Positions 54,180-64,000 of a DNA stretch of 64,000 nucleotides are shown piece after piece. The stretch covers positions 224,001 to 288,000 of the forward strand of contig CAVZSQ010000022.1 of the NCBI GenBank assembly GCA_963777955.1, in the 5' to 3' direction. The position numbers were made by a program, and so were the translations under genes. The notes beneath the pieces are model-generated. The model was not told where the DNA came from and ran no database searches. It worked only from the letters and a program-made list of their open reading frames with translations. The stretch is from Calditrichia bacterium. GTDB taxonomy: Bacteria > Calditrichota > Calditrichia > JAJRVZ01. Position 1 is the stretch's first letter, and each line of letters opens with the position of its first letter.

Positions 54180-55712
54180 TTATGCTTTTACGCCACCGAC
54201 GGTCATTGATTTTACCAGTACCGTCGGCAATCCAAAACCAACCGGAACAGCCTGTCCGCCTTTGCCGCAGGCACCGCCTCCGCCCTGGTGCATTTGTAAA
54301 TCGTTGGCAGACATCGTGATGTTTTGCAGCATCTTAGGACCATTACCCATGATATTGATATCCTTGATGGGGGCGGTGAGTTTACCGTTTTCAATCATCC
54401 TTCCTTGCGAGACATAAAAAGCAAAATCCCCTTCACCAATTTTTACCTGACCGTTACTGACATCCTGAACATAGATTCCTTTAGCGACACTACTGATTAT
54501 ATCTGTTGGGGAAGACTCTCCGCTCAACATATAGGTGTTGCGCATGCGCGGTTGTATATAATGCTGATAACTCTCACGGCGGCCATTACCGGTAGGGGTT
54601 ACGTGATAATGGCGGGCTGAAATTTTATCATGCATGTAACTGGTCAAAATTCCCTTGTCAACCAAAATCGTTTTTTGTCCCGGTATACCCTCGTCATCCA
54701 CATTGAGGGAACCGAGCAGATCGGGTATGGTGCCGTCATCAATGATGGTGATAAAGGGTTCGGCAACCTGCTTGCCGATCATGGTAGCGTAAGTGGATAT
54801 TTTTTTACGGTTAAAATCCGCCTCCATACCATGCCCGATCGCTTCATGCAGCAGGATACCGGTAACTCCCGGGCCCAGTACCACAGGCATTTCACCTGCA
54901 GGCGGCTGCACTGCTTCGAATAATACCAAAACCCGGTCAATCGCGGTTTTAGCGATGATATCGACAACATCAGCGTTATAAAAGGAAAAATTCCGCCGCC
55001 CGCCCATATTCCAACCGGCTCTTTCGCGGCGCCCATCTTTTTCTGCTACCACATTTACCATAAGATAATTTCTGGGTTGTAAATCTTCGGCTTTAGTTCC
55101 GTCACTGGTGATAATCATGATCCGCTTCTGCTGATCATGAAATTGGGCATTTACTTTTACCACCAGCGGAGACATGGCAAAACACTTGTCATTGACAGTC
55201 TGTACCAAAGGCAGTTTGGATTCTAAGGGAACATCTGTTAGCAGGGTTGCCAGCGGGTAAAAATTTTGAATGTTTAATGCGACAAACTCACCGGCTGGTT
55301 GATTAGGATTAGCAGATGCAATTGTTGCCGCTGTCGCTGCTGCCGCCAGCATGGATTTTTCATTTAATTCCTGGGTAAAACCATAACCTACCTGTTCACC
55401 TTTCACGGTACGAATACCGACACCCAGGGAGATGGAACCATAAGCTTGATTGACCTGGCCGTCTTCGAGTATTAACCAGTTACTAATGGTATGCTCAAAA
55501 TATAAATCAGCAAAATCACCGCCGCGGTATAGCGCCTGAGCTAATACTTTACGGCATAACTCGGCGGTTATACCAAACTCTTGTTCAAAGTAGCCTGTCA
55601 TCTGAACATTGGAAAAGTTGAACCATCCTTTCCTCCAGGCAGGCAACATTGTCAAAGCGGCCGCGGCTGTTGAACCTGTCTTTAGAAAAGAACGCCTGGT
55701 TATAGGATTCAT
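54180..55712 (-). CDS. tldD: TldD-family metalloprotease with N-terminal twin-arginine signal
   Basis: GGDFADLYFE, LLHEAIGHGMEADFNRK, GNGRRESY..PRMRNTY, CGKGGQ; N-terminus TRRSFLK. Confidence 0.93.
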   Translation of the reverse strand: MNPITRRSFLKTGSTAAAALTMLPAWRKGWFNFSNVQMTGYFEQEFGITAELCRKVLAQALYRGGDFADLYFEHTISNWLILEDGQVNQAYGSISLGVGIRTVKGEQVGYGFTQELNEKSMLAAAATAATIASANPNQPAGEFVALNIQNFYPLATLLTDVPLESKLPLVQTVNDKCFAMSPLVVKVNAQFHDQQKRIMIITSDGTKAEDLQPRNYLMVNVVAEKDGRRERAGWNMGGRRNFSFYNADVVDIIAKTAIDRVLVLFEAVQPPAGEMPVVLGPGVTGILLHEAIGHGMEADFNRKKISTYATMIGKQVAEPFITIIDDGTIPDLLGSLNVDDEGIPGQKTILVDKGILTSYMHDKISARHYHVTPTGNGRRESYQHYIQPRMRNTYMLSGESSPTDIISSVAKGIYVQDVSNGQVKIGEGDFAFYVSQGRMIENGKLTAPIKDINIMGNGPKMLQNITMSANDLQMHQGGGGACGKGGQAVPVGFGLPTVLVKSMTVGGVKA

Positions 55713-56055
55713 TTGCTCCTCCGATTTATCATAAAACTATATATGCACAGAGAATCGAATTTAAAATCACTTTCTCAATTTGGTTTTTATAAAATAGAAT
55801 TGACTGGAAAAAATCATTTTTATTGATCGTCAAAGCTCGATTAATTTCCGAGAGTTATCATCTAATACGTATTGTCACGCGCGGAGGTTGCATAGGAATT
55901 TGAAATTGATCAACGTCACTGCTTAAAAATATTATTTATGGTATTATTAATTTATAAATGAAAGCCGAATATTGATGAATATAGGATTAAGTAGTAACTC
56001 TTTCAGGAACAATAACCTGAATGCTTTCCGTCAGTTAAAGAAAAAGGAGGTTATT

Positions 56056-57459
56056 ATGTATAAACTTGCATTTTTGCTGGCATGTCTGTTCAGTATCTTT
56101 GTGCTGAGTAGTTGTGAGAAAGATACAAGTCCCCAGGAACAGACTCTGGAAGTAGATGCCGTGATGACCGAGCAATCTACTTTTGGCTGGGAACTGAATG
56201 ATCTGGTTAAAAGCGGGGATGATATTTCCGGTTTGACCCAGAGTTCAGAATTTTTAGGGCAGGGGAATGATGATTTTCTCGGTATGGAGAAAATGAAACA
56301 GCAAGCGATACAGATGGGCCGGGAGGCCGGAGCCATTCTAAGCGCACGGTCATTTCTGGCCAAAACTCTGACCGATTCCCTGATCTATTTTGAGGAGGAT
56401 ACGCTGAAGGGTACCCGTGCGGCCATGTATTATGATGCCGAAACGGGTCTGGCTACATATTATTCCGTGAAATACATATTTATGGCCTTGCGTCCGCTGG
56501 TGTATGATTCTGCCGTTGCGGTTATCGATATGAATTTTACTTTTGAAAATAGTACAGATGATCTGATCAAAGAGTTATACCAGCAGCGCCTTTTTAAAGA
56601 AACCTTCTTCATCCAGAAAATTGTCGGGGAAGTGACAGTCACAGATTATAACGGTGCTGAAATCAGCGGACTGGAAGCCGCCCAAAATACCTACTATCGC
56701 CAGGACCGCTTCCTGCAACAGTTGACACAAACCGTGGATTTAAATCCCGATCAATCGGGAACCGTGCGTGAAGATTTTAAATTCCAGGATAATACAACTG
56801 TCTATCGAGAAATCACTTTCTATGCTAATCATACCGGTGAATTCAGTAAACAACTGCGTGACGGTACCATGGTCAGCGGAACTTTTAATTGCGTCGAAGA
56901 TGATCTGCAGGGGTGGTATAATGAATTGATAGATTTTCCGGCAGGCCGCTACCTGGATAAGATCATGAAATCAGCCGAAGTCGCTATCGATACGCTGTAC
57001 GACACGTTTAGCGCCCAATTTGTCGAACATATCTTTTTCAGTTCCGGTAAGATCGATACAATTGCCATAGCACTGGTGAGTTATCAGGACGGTGAGATGC
57101 GTCATACGGGTCTGGAGATTCAGAAGGCCAATGGCGCTCACGGATCATTTACTCTTGAGCAGAGCGGAGATGAAGGAGATCTGAGCGGGACCTGGACCAC
57201 CTGGAACGATTATTTTATAATAATCGCAGCTGAATATTATGCCGACGGCAGTGCGCATCTCTATTACGAAGTATATGCTCCACCGTATTCTGAAGGGGAC
57301 GATCCGATCCTGATCGCGGATTATGATATTAGTCCCGACGGCTCGGGTACGGGAACCATTACTTATAACGGTGAAGTGTATCAGGTCAGTTTTGACGGTA
57401 TAACTCAGGCTGAGATAACCAAAGGCGGCAAGAAGGCGATTGTGAACCTGTTTAAATAA
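56056..57459 (+). CDS. Uncharacterised beta-rich acidic lipoprotein
   Basis: AAGGAGG RBS before ATG 56056; lipobox LSSC. The ORF track starts it at 55972. Confidence 0.8.
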   Translation: MYKLAFLLACLFSIFVLSSCEKDTSPQEQTLEVDAVMTEQSTFGWELNDLVKSGDDISGLTQSSEFLGQGNDDFLGMEKMKQQAIQMGREAGAILSARSFLAKTLTDSLIYFEEDTLKGTRAAMYYDAETGLATYYSVKYIFMALRPLVYDSAVAVIDMNFTFENSTDDLIKELYQQRLFKETFFIQKIVGEVTVTDYNGAEISGLEAAQNTYYRQDRFLQQLTQTVDLNPDQSGTVREDFKFQDNTTVYREITFYANHTGEFSKQLRDGTMVSGTFNCVEDDLQGWYNELIDFPAGRYLDKIMKSAEVAIDTLYDTFSAQFVEHIFFSSGKIDTIAIALVSYQDGEMRHTGLEIQKANGAHGSFTLEQSGDEGDLSGTWTTWNDYFIIIAAEYYADGSAHLYYEVYAPPYSEGDDPILIADYDISPDGSGTGTITYNGEVYQVSFDGITQAEITKGGKKAIVNLFK

Positions 57460-57461
57460 AT

Positions 57462-57588
57462 GGGTAAAGGGTAAAGATAACCCACCCCAAATCCCCTCCC
57501 TTTCAGTCAGGAGACTGAAAGGGAGGGGCCGGGGGTGGGTCATAAAGGCATTAAGTTTTTCCTTTCCCCTTTACCCTTTTTCCTTATA
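57462..57588. repeat. GC-rich REP-like hairpin flanked by inverted 7-bp repeats; probable bidirectional terminator
   Basis: Stem CCCCTCCCTTTCAGTC-AGGA-GACTGAAAGGGAGGGG (57493-57528) with outer ACCCACCCC/GGGGTGGGT; GGGTAAA x2 on the left and CCTTTCC CCTTTAC CCTTTTT on the right. Confidence 0.75.
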
Positions 57589-58053
57589 ACTATACCAGAA
57601 AAGTCGGCGTTGTCGCCAGAGATAGGCGATAGCCCATATGGCTATAAGAGTAAAAGGAAGAAAAAGAATTCCACCCGGCGAGAATTCTCCGTATATATCC
57701 CGGGTCCAGATTACGGTCATGGAGAAAATCCACAGGGCGTTGACCATCTGGGCCGCGGTCCAGCCCCAGGAACGCATACTCCATAAACCGATCGTCGCTA
57801 TCATCAATAATGGTACAGAATAGAGTAAGTCGGCAATCAGGAAACCGCGGGTTGTAGCGGCGTTGACCCGCTCGGCAAATACGGTAAGATCACCGGGAGA
57901 CGGTACCAGATTTGAAAACAGAATCGATAACCAGAATAATAACGTAATCATACACCCCAGGGCATTGATAATAACCAGGAAAGTAACACCGGCCGGGCGA
58001 GAGGGTAATTTATTTTTTGAATTATCAGGCATATATTCCTTCCATTTTCTCAT
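57571..58053 (-). CDS. Small four-TM membrane protein
   Basis: RPAGVT motif followed by four hydrophobic segments. Confidence 0.75.
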   Translation of the reverse strand: MRKWKEYMPDNSKNKLPSRPAGVTFLVIINALGCMITLLFWLSILFSNLVPSPGDLTVFAERVNAATTRGFLIADLLYSVPLLMIATIGLWSMRSWGWTAAQMVNALWIFSMTVIWTRDIYGEFSPGGILFLPFTLIAIWAIAYLWRQRRLFWYSYKEKG

Positions 58054-58062
58054 TGTCCCTAT

Positions 58063-59472
58063 TTATAATTTTAATATCCACGCTGCAATATCTATAATTA
58101 CCTGCTCTGCCACATGGCCGGCTACTCCATATTCTGCCGGTGTGCTTTTACCTGCGCCTGTTATAAATAAATGATTGAGATCAGGATACAATTTAAATTG
58201 CACATTGGAATGCGCGGCCAGGGTTGATTTCCAGCCATCGAGATCTACGCGGGTGACCTGATAGTCGCGTCCACCCTGCAGGATTAACGTAGGCTGTTTT
58301 AGTTTCCTGGCAGTTTCAGCAGGTTTATAATCCCGCAGGTCAAACCAGTAATTGACCGGCATCCCCAGGGGAAGAGCAGAAGCAGGCGTACTGGGAGACA
58401 GATTTGGATCTTTAAGACGGGCTACCTGTACACTCAAAGTATCCAGAAATATTTTCTCCTGACTGGAAATTGTACTGTCCAGAGCGCTGATGTACCTGAA
58501 CTGATCCAGGGCAAGATCTTCCAGCGGTCGGGTGGGACCAGCCATAATAATTAATCCGCTGATCTTTGGATCTGCTGCTGCCATCCTGGGTAAAAGCATT
58601 CCTCCTAAACTGTGTCCCAGCACAAATATTCCGGCAGGATCGATTCCCGGGGTTTGGCGCAACAGTGCCACAGCTGCCAGTGCATCATCGATGGTTTCTT
58701 CCTTAACGGTCAGTTTTGCTATAATCTCCGGAGTATACCTGGCGGCATGGTACTTGGTACGTTTCTCATAACGTAATACGGCAATACCCTTAGAAGCCAG
58801 TCCCCAGGCCAGATCACGGAAAGGTTTGTTGGGACCGATAGTCTCATCCCGGTCATTGGGACCAGATCCATGGATTAAAACCACTGCCGGGAATGGACCA
58901 CTTCCCGCGGGAGTGGTCAACGTCCCGGGTAAGGCCCATTCATCAGAACCGATGGTTATTTCCCGCTCCTGATAGGAATTTGGTTTTACATAAGCAGGTG
59001 CCACATAAGCAACTCCTGATTGAGCCGGTACAAAAAACATTCCGGCAATCTGGCCGGATGGATTAATAATCAGTTTAAAATCAATGGTCATTGCTGCAAA
59101 TTGCCAGGTGACGTAGATGACATCAAATTGCTGGTATTTTTCTGCCCGGATACCCAACTGTTTCTGAAAAGCACCCAGACGTTGATCCAGGGATTCCCTG
59201 GCTTGCTGAAGTTTATCCAGAGGAAGGGCTTCTTTCATGGTGGCATCAAATTTTTCCATAAAAGCAGTATAATCTTTTTGCAGAAATTTGTCGGCTAAAA
59301 TTTGAGCTGCGGCAATCCGCTGCGGAGAAACAACAGTACTGTCCGGCTGGGCTGAGATAACTGATTTCAAACTCTCTGCAGAAACTGGATAATCAGACGG
59401 TGATGGATAACTGCCGGCGTTTATTATGCCTGCTGTGATTAGTAATGTGCTTATCCGGAGGATTATTTTCAT
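58063..59472 (-). CDS. Secreted alpha/beta hydrolase with DUF3887-like N-terminal domain
   Basis: LIHGSGPNDRDET, GHSLGG nucleophile elbow, QGGRDYQV, LNHLF. Confidence 0.9.
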   Translation of the reverse strand: MKIILRISTLLITAGIINAGSYPSPSDYPVSAESLKSVISAQPDSTVVSPQRIAAAQILADKFLQKDYTAFMEKFDATMKEALPLDKLQQARESLDQRLGAFQKQLGIRAEKYQQFDVIYVTWQFAAMTIDFKLIINPSGQIAGMFFVPAQSGVAYVAPAYVKPNSYQEREITIGSDEWALPGTLTTPAGSGPFPAVVLIHGSGPNDRDETIGPNKPFRDLAWGLASKGIAVLRYEKRTKYHAARYTPEIIAKLTVKEETIDDALAAVALLRQTPGIDPAGIFVLGHSLGGMLLPRMAAADPKISGLIIMAGPTRPLEDLALDQFRYISALDSTISSQEKIFLDTLSVQVARLKDPNLSPSTPASALPLGMPVNYWFDLRDYKPAETARKLKQPTLILQGGRDYQVTRVDLDGWKSTLAAHSNVQFKLYPDLNHLFITGAGKSTPAEYGVAGHVAEQVIIDIAAWILKL

Positions 59473-59544
59473 GTTTTTTACCTTTCTTGATATCTAATAT
59501 GATATACACAGCAGATTCTGAAATATTCAAACACTTCACATCAT

Positions 59545-61183
59545 TTACGATTTCCACTCCTGCATAATTTCGCGCAAAACATTCCAGTCCGCTGGGTATA
59601 ACGGCACCGTAGCCGTGACCGGGCCTGGTCCAGGCGCCGGCCAGGTATAGGTTTTTAATCGGCGTTTTATGCCCGAGCCGGCTCTGCCCGCTGTTATCCA
59701 GTGTCTGATCAAAGCCGTATACAGCACCGCGATAATTGCCGGTGTAACGCACGTTGGTCAGCGGTGTACCGATTTCAATTACTTCGATAGCAGCACGCAA
59801 TCCGGGCAATAAAGTTTTTTCAGCCTGATCGATTAGTATATCGGCCATACGTTTTTTCTCGGCCCGGTAGGTATCCTTTTTCCCCTCAAGATAGTCGGCT
59901 TCATAAGGCAACCAGTGCTCATACCCCTGCAGGGTCAGCAGGTTGATAATATTTTTTCCGGCCGGAGAATATCCTTTATATAGATTATCATACAGGGTAA
60001 CAGCATACCCGCCGTGCTCAACATTGGCCTGTACCATGGCCTGATAATCTGCTTCCAGATCGTAACCGGTGTTGTAAAAAATTTCGGTATCTTTAATACC
60101 CAGTTCACCGGCCAGGTCTTTTTTTAAGCCGAGAAAAATCTGGAAGGATGACAGGCTGACACTGTAAGAATCCAGTTTACTCAAATACTCGTTTAAATAA
60201 TCGTTTTCATTCATCATTTTCTTAAAAGTAACCGGTGCGCTGGCATTGGAAATCACAACTTTGGCTTTGAACTCTTCACCATTTTCCGTTCGGACACCGT
60301 AAGCAGCATGATCCCTGGTCAGTATCTCTTTCACCCGGGTTGACAACTTCACCTGACCGCCACGTTCTTCAATAAAAGTTTTAAAAGCAGTGCTGATCTG
60401 TTGCGATTTGCCGATGGGATAATAACCGCCTTCCTGCAGATAACCAAGGGTGGGCATGGCATAATAAAAGGGTGAAAGTTTTGATGGAGGCAGGCCGTAA
60501 TAGACCCACAATGAAGAGATGATTGCTTTCAGCTTGATATTATTAATACGCGAGTCGACCATTTGTCCCCAGCTTTTACCGAAGCTGTTTGCCAGAACCG
60601 GGAAATCCTGGGCAAAGCGGCTCATGTCAATCTGCCCCTGGGCCTGGTATAATTTTTGAATGTCATTCATCATTCCCTGCATATCTTCAAAAATACCCTC
60701 TATCCCAGTTTTTTCATCGGGGAAGTAAGCGATGAGTTTGTCGATATAACCGCGCAGGTTTTTCTGGGGAACGCGGATATCGTAGTCCGGATAGATTACC
60801 CGGTACAGGTCGGGATGGGGTACGAATTCGACCGAAGTGATTTCGGGAAATCCCGGTATCAGATTATGCAAACCGTTCCGTTCACCCACGCCAGTCGAGT
60901 GCAATGAAACATCGAAAATAAAATCTTTACGTTTAAAGGTAGTGGCATATCCTCCCGCTTTGCTGTGCTGTTCCAGCAGCAGCGGTTTGAAGCCCTGGCG
61001 GGCAAAAGCAGCGGCACAACTGAGTCCTCCCAGACCTGAACCGATGATGATGGCATCATATTCGTTGGTTTTATTCCCGGCCCTGGCAGCGGTGGAGAAA
61101 GCACTCCAGTCCAGCGCCGTGACTGAGAACCCGGCCAGTAATGATTTGATGAAATCCCTGCGCTTTAGTTCTGAGATTGCCAT
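59545..61183 (-). CDS. FAD-dependent oxidoreductase, phytoene desaturase/retinol saturase family, with Tat signal (+1 frameshift near 59575)
   Basis: KRRDFIK; DAIIIGSGLGGL, LEQH..GGY, TPLTNVRYT..GAVYG, TPIKNLYLAG. The ORF-track end (59393) overlaps the next gene; the shifted frame ends EIMQEWKS* at 59545. Confidence 0.88.
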
Positions 61184-61328
61184 AATTCTCTTCTCCCTAT
61201 CATTGATTTATGGATGTCCAAATTATATTAGCTCATCCAATCTGTATTATTACCGTACGTCTTTTCACCAGATTGACAATAGTTATTAGGGTAAGTCTAT
61301 CCCGCGTACTTATTAAAAATAGCGATTA

Positions 61329-62066
61329 TTAAAAGTAAATGATACATCCGATCAAAAAAGAACTGCTTGAAGACTGACTGAAGCCTAGATAAGCATATTC
61401 TGCCTGGAGTGTCATTATCGTATTTGCAGGATACAACAATCCTAATCCTAGATTATATCCACTGGCCTGCTCGGTAAATATACCACCGGCACTAAAACCG
61501 GTTGTAAGTGAACCTACACGCCCATCCGGATTGATTAATTCCCTATCTGTTGCTGGCAGATTATGAAGATTAAAATTTAATAATGCACTCTGGATTATGT
61601 GGGAACTTAGATTTGAATAATTGTAGCTTATTCCGATCGTAGTCGTATTACCTGAGATGAATCCAATTGATGCAGCGCAATTAAGGCCATTATTCAGCCT
61701 GTCAATATAGTCGATTCCCGCTATGGCACTAAATATTAAACTGCCTTTCAGACCATCAGGATTTATTAACTCGTTTAGATTTTCAATTGGTTCAGTAAAA
61801 ATGTTCAATCCGATCATTGCCAGAAATCCATTCTCTGATCCACTTCCACCTGTATAACCACCCGATGTTAGTAAGGTAAAATAATTTGAGACTGGCAATG
61901 AAACAGACAGAAGACCTTGATCGACATTAAAATTATTGGCTGCAGTATGTCCATAATATAAACCAACACCCGGCTGGAGATACCTCCCATCGGGATTGTA
62001 CCCGTTACTCCATCCTATGTTGACAATCAATAATAGAACTATTATGATTCCCTTCTGCATATTCAT
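61329..62066 (-). CDS. Putative outer-membrane beta-barrel with three internal repeats
   Basis: Signal peptide, alternating beta-strand pattern, NPDG at aa 24, 102 and 179, terminal YF. Confidence 0.65.
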   Translation of the reverse strand: MNMQKGIIIVLLLIVNIGWSNGYNPDGRYLQPGVGLYYGHTAANNFNVDQGLLSVSLPVSNYFTLLTSGGYTGGSGSENGFLAMIGLNIFTEPIENLNELINPDGLKGSLIFSAIAGIDYIDRLNNGLNCAASIGFISGNTTTIGISYNYSNLSSHIIQSALLNFNLHNLPATDRELINPDGRVGSLTTGFSAGGIFTEQASGYNLGLGLLYPANTIMTLQAEYAYLGFSQSSSSSFLIGCIIYF

Positions 62067-62096
62067 CTCCTTTATTATAGGATTGGCACTATTATT

Positions 62097-62531
62097 TTAT
62101 TCCAGATTTTCTCTGATTATAGATTCTAAACCCAACAAGATATTGCATAAGGCTGTATTTGTGACTTCGGTACTGTCGTGATCCCGTATCATATATATAA
62201 AAGCCCAGGTTCCGACTATATCCAGCGTATCCCGTTTGAAATCGCCAGTTATCTTGTATTTGCCCTTTAATGCATCCGTCAGTGCATCCAATATCTCCCC
62301 GTTCGCAGTATCTCTGATCAGGCTCAGGTTGATCAAAGTATCCTTAAAATTCAGCTTGCTGACATTTGCTGAGAAGATATCAGAAACTGTTGTCGGGTAT
62401 ACGTTGAACTCCAGATTACCACCACCGTAACGTTCGAAATACATATAATCATACCGGTCACCCGGTTGTGTCGATTTTTCTTCGCAGGCCGCCAGCGTGA
62501 ATAAAATCAGCCACATTATTTTGTACTGCAT
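62097..62531 (-). CDS. Hypothetical lipoprotein
   Basis: GGAGG RBS; lipobox LAAC. Confidence 0.75.
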   Translation of the reverse strand: MQYKIMWLILFTLAACEEKSTQPGDRYDYMYFERYGGGNLEFNVYPTTVSDIFSANVSKLNFKDTLINLSLIRDTANGEILDALTDALKGKYKITGDFKRDTLDIVGTWAFIYMIRDHDSTEVTNTALCNILLGLESIIRENLE

Positions 62532-62896
62532 GTCATGCCTCCCTTACAAAATAACTCAGAATTGAAAAAATACAAGTGTCATGCCCATGAAATTATCCCT
62601 GATTGAACTTCAGCAGATATAAAGGAGCACTTAGACTAACGAACAAAAACCTACCAGTTTTCGCTCATTATTAAATCTCTTAATTTCTATAAAAGTTTAA
62701 TATTTTGATCAGTGACAACGAAAGTCTATTAATTCGAAAGGCTAATACTGGATCCGGAATTGATAATGAAATTTAATGAATTATTCAGCAATCCGTATAT
62801 ATATTTTTTCCGGTCCTCTTTGACAGCTGCAGTTTGTACTTTCTTGTGGAAGTCGATATTTTGTCCAGCGCCACCAGGATCATTAAAAGGCAATAA

Positions 62897-63802
62897 TTAT
62901 ACTTTATTTAAAATGTACAATTCACTCTCGCCACGAATATTCAACCGTTCAGTGGCAAACCAGATTATGAAACATCCTACCCCCACCATCAACCATAAAA
63001 CACCGTAGAAGGCAATATTTTCCTGCCAGCCATTATACACCCCTTCGGGTACTTGCACAAAAAATAAAAAAGCATCATGCAAAAAGTGAAAGACAATCCC
63101 CGCCAGCAGCGCGCGTGTTTTGTATGCAGCATAAGTAAAGGCAATCGCAATGATCATAACTGAAACGACATCAACCAATACCAGCCAGTCAAAACCTTTG
63201 ATATGGGCCAGGCCGAAAATAACAATCTGCCAGATAAAGGCCTTGATCAGGTTCCTGGTTAAAGGCAGCAGAAGCATAACGATGATACCGCGATAGAATA
63301 TCTCCTCAAAAATTCCCGGATTCAGGCTGAAAATGATCTGTTTTAGATTTATAGTACTCCAGTTCAATTCATATCTGCCGCTGAGCAAGGATCCCAGCAA
63401 CATTCCCGAAAGTGTGCAAAGCGCCAGAATAATTCCCAGCATGATATGACGCCAAACACGGGGCGGAACATATAAACCGATTCGCTGCAGATACTCCTTA
63501 ATTGGGACCGCTCCGAATGGGGCACGATAGAGTACGGGGAAAAGGTAAAAGACTCCAAAACACCCTACTCCCAGATTGATAATTGATTTAACGATTTTGG
63601 ATATTTCGATTTTAAATATCATCTGTACTACCAGACAAAGAAAAAAGCCCATCATCGGCCAGGCCAGCGCTACCAGAATTGCCGCAATCGGATGAATTTT
63701 CATCTTTGTCCCGGCTTTGGCACCGGTCAGATCATCCGGCTTTTTACCGGGTATTTTTTCCTGCGCAGGTGATGAATTCTGCCGTACCATTGACTTCCTC
63801 AA
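62897..63802 (-). CDS. CPBP (CAAX/Abi) intramembrane glutamic endopeptidase (start uncertain)
   Basis: EEIFYRG, FGLAH, HFLHD motifs; multiple TM segments. Confidence 0.9.
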   Translation of the reverse strand: MRKSMVRQNSSPAQEKIPGKKPDDLTGAKAGTKMKIHPIAAILVALAWPMMGFFLCLVVQMIFKIEISKIVKSIINLGVGCFGVFYLFPVLYRAPFGAVPIKEYLQRIGLYVPPRVWRHIMLGIILALCTLSGMLLGSLLSGRYELNWSTINLKQIIFSLNPGIFEEIFYRGIIVMLLLPLTRNLIKAFIWQIVIFGLAHIKGFDWLVLVDVVSVMIIAIAFTYAAYKTRALLAGIVFHFLHDAFLFFVQVPEGVYNGWQENIAFYGVLWLMVGVGCFIIWFATERLNIRGESELYILNKV

Positions 63803-63818
63803 AGCTTAAGATTGTAAT

Positions 63819-64000
63819 TCAGTTAACTAGCATTTTAAATTCCTGGTCATTACTAAGATTTTTAAAGTTATTATCTACTTTGGCTCTTTGTTTCAGGTTG
63901 GCATCAAGCGTTATCGCTTTGGCCAGGAATATTAATGCTTTTTCTTTGCCGGTTCTATAATAATAGAAGATAGCCAGGTTATAATACGCATCCGCAAATT
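63819..64000 (-). CDS. C-terminal end of a TPR protein (5'-partial)
   Basis: Manual translation: FADAYYNLAIFYYY..KALIFLAKAITLDANLKQRAKVDNNFKNLSNDQEFKMLVN*. Confidence 0.75.
   Translation of the reverse strand, partial: FADAYYNLAIFYYYRTGKEKALIFLAKAITLDANLKQRAKVDNNFKNLSNDQEFKMLVN

Noticed and set aside
59393..59545. Overlap of the oxidoreductase C-terminus with the hydrolase gene
   Set aside because: Explained by the frameshift near 59575; the likely true stop is at 59545.

Overview
64 kb of a Gram-negative bacterial chromosome, most likely from an FCB-related lineage outside Bacteroidota such as Calditrichota or KSB1. This is an inference from the many T9SS-type C-terminal sorting domains, PorV-like genes, a TTGACA-N17-TATATT promoter and AGGAGG ribosome-binding sites. 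In order, the window holds: (i) the end of a secreted beta-helix protein, a TPR gene, and a coupled pair of an isoprenoid-synthase-fold gene and a RaSEA-like radical SAM gene (1-4.6 kb); (ii) a module of secreted CotH kinase, HlyD-like adaptor, VTC polyphosphate polymerase and DUF4956 membrane protein (4.9-11.2 kb); (iii) a first triad of TonB-dependent receptor, large secreted partner and PorV-like barrel, followed by an M28 peptidase and an FG-GAP protein (11.4-20.4 kb); (iv) a LacI-controlled, SusD-less, probable beta-mannoside utilization locus of about 26 kb with three candidate operators, a tandem-duplicated carbohydrate-binding protein, a second triad, a sugar ABC transporter, two GH130s, three unassigned helical enzymes and a GH2 beta-mannosidase (23.1-48.8 kb); (v) mostly minus-strand genes: VIT-vWA, asnA, pmbA, a Tat-signal tldD, a Tat-signal phytoene-desaturase-like oxidoreductase, hydrolases and a three-repeat beta-barrel. 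About a dozen genes are split by +1 frameshifts that look like sequencing errors, so merged coordinates are given. I recognised no rRNA, tRNA, CRISPR array, integrase or transposase. All family calls come from motif recognition by eye, not database searches.
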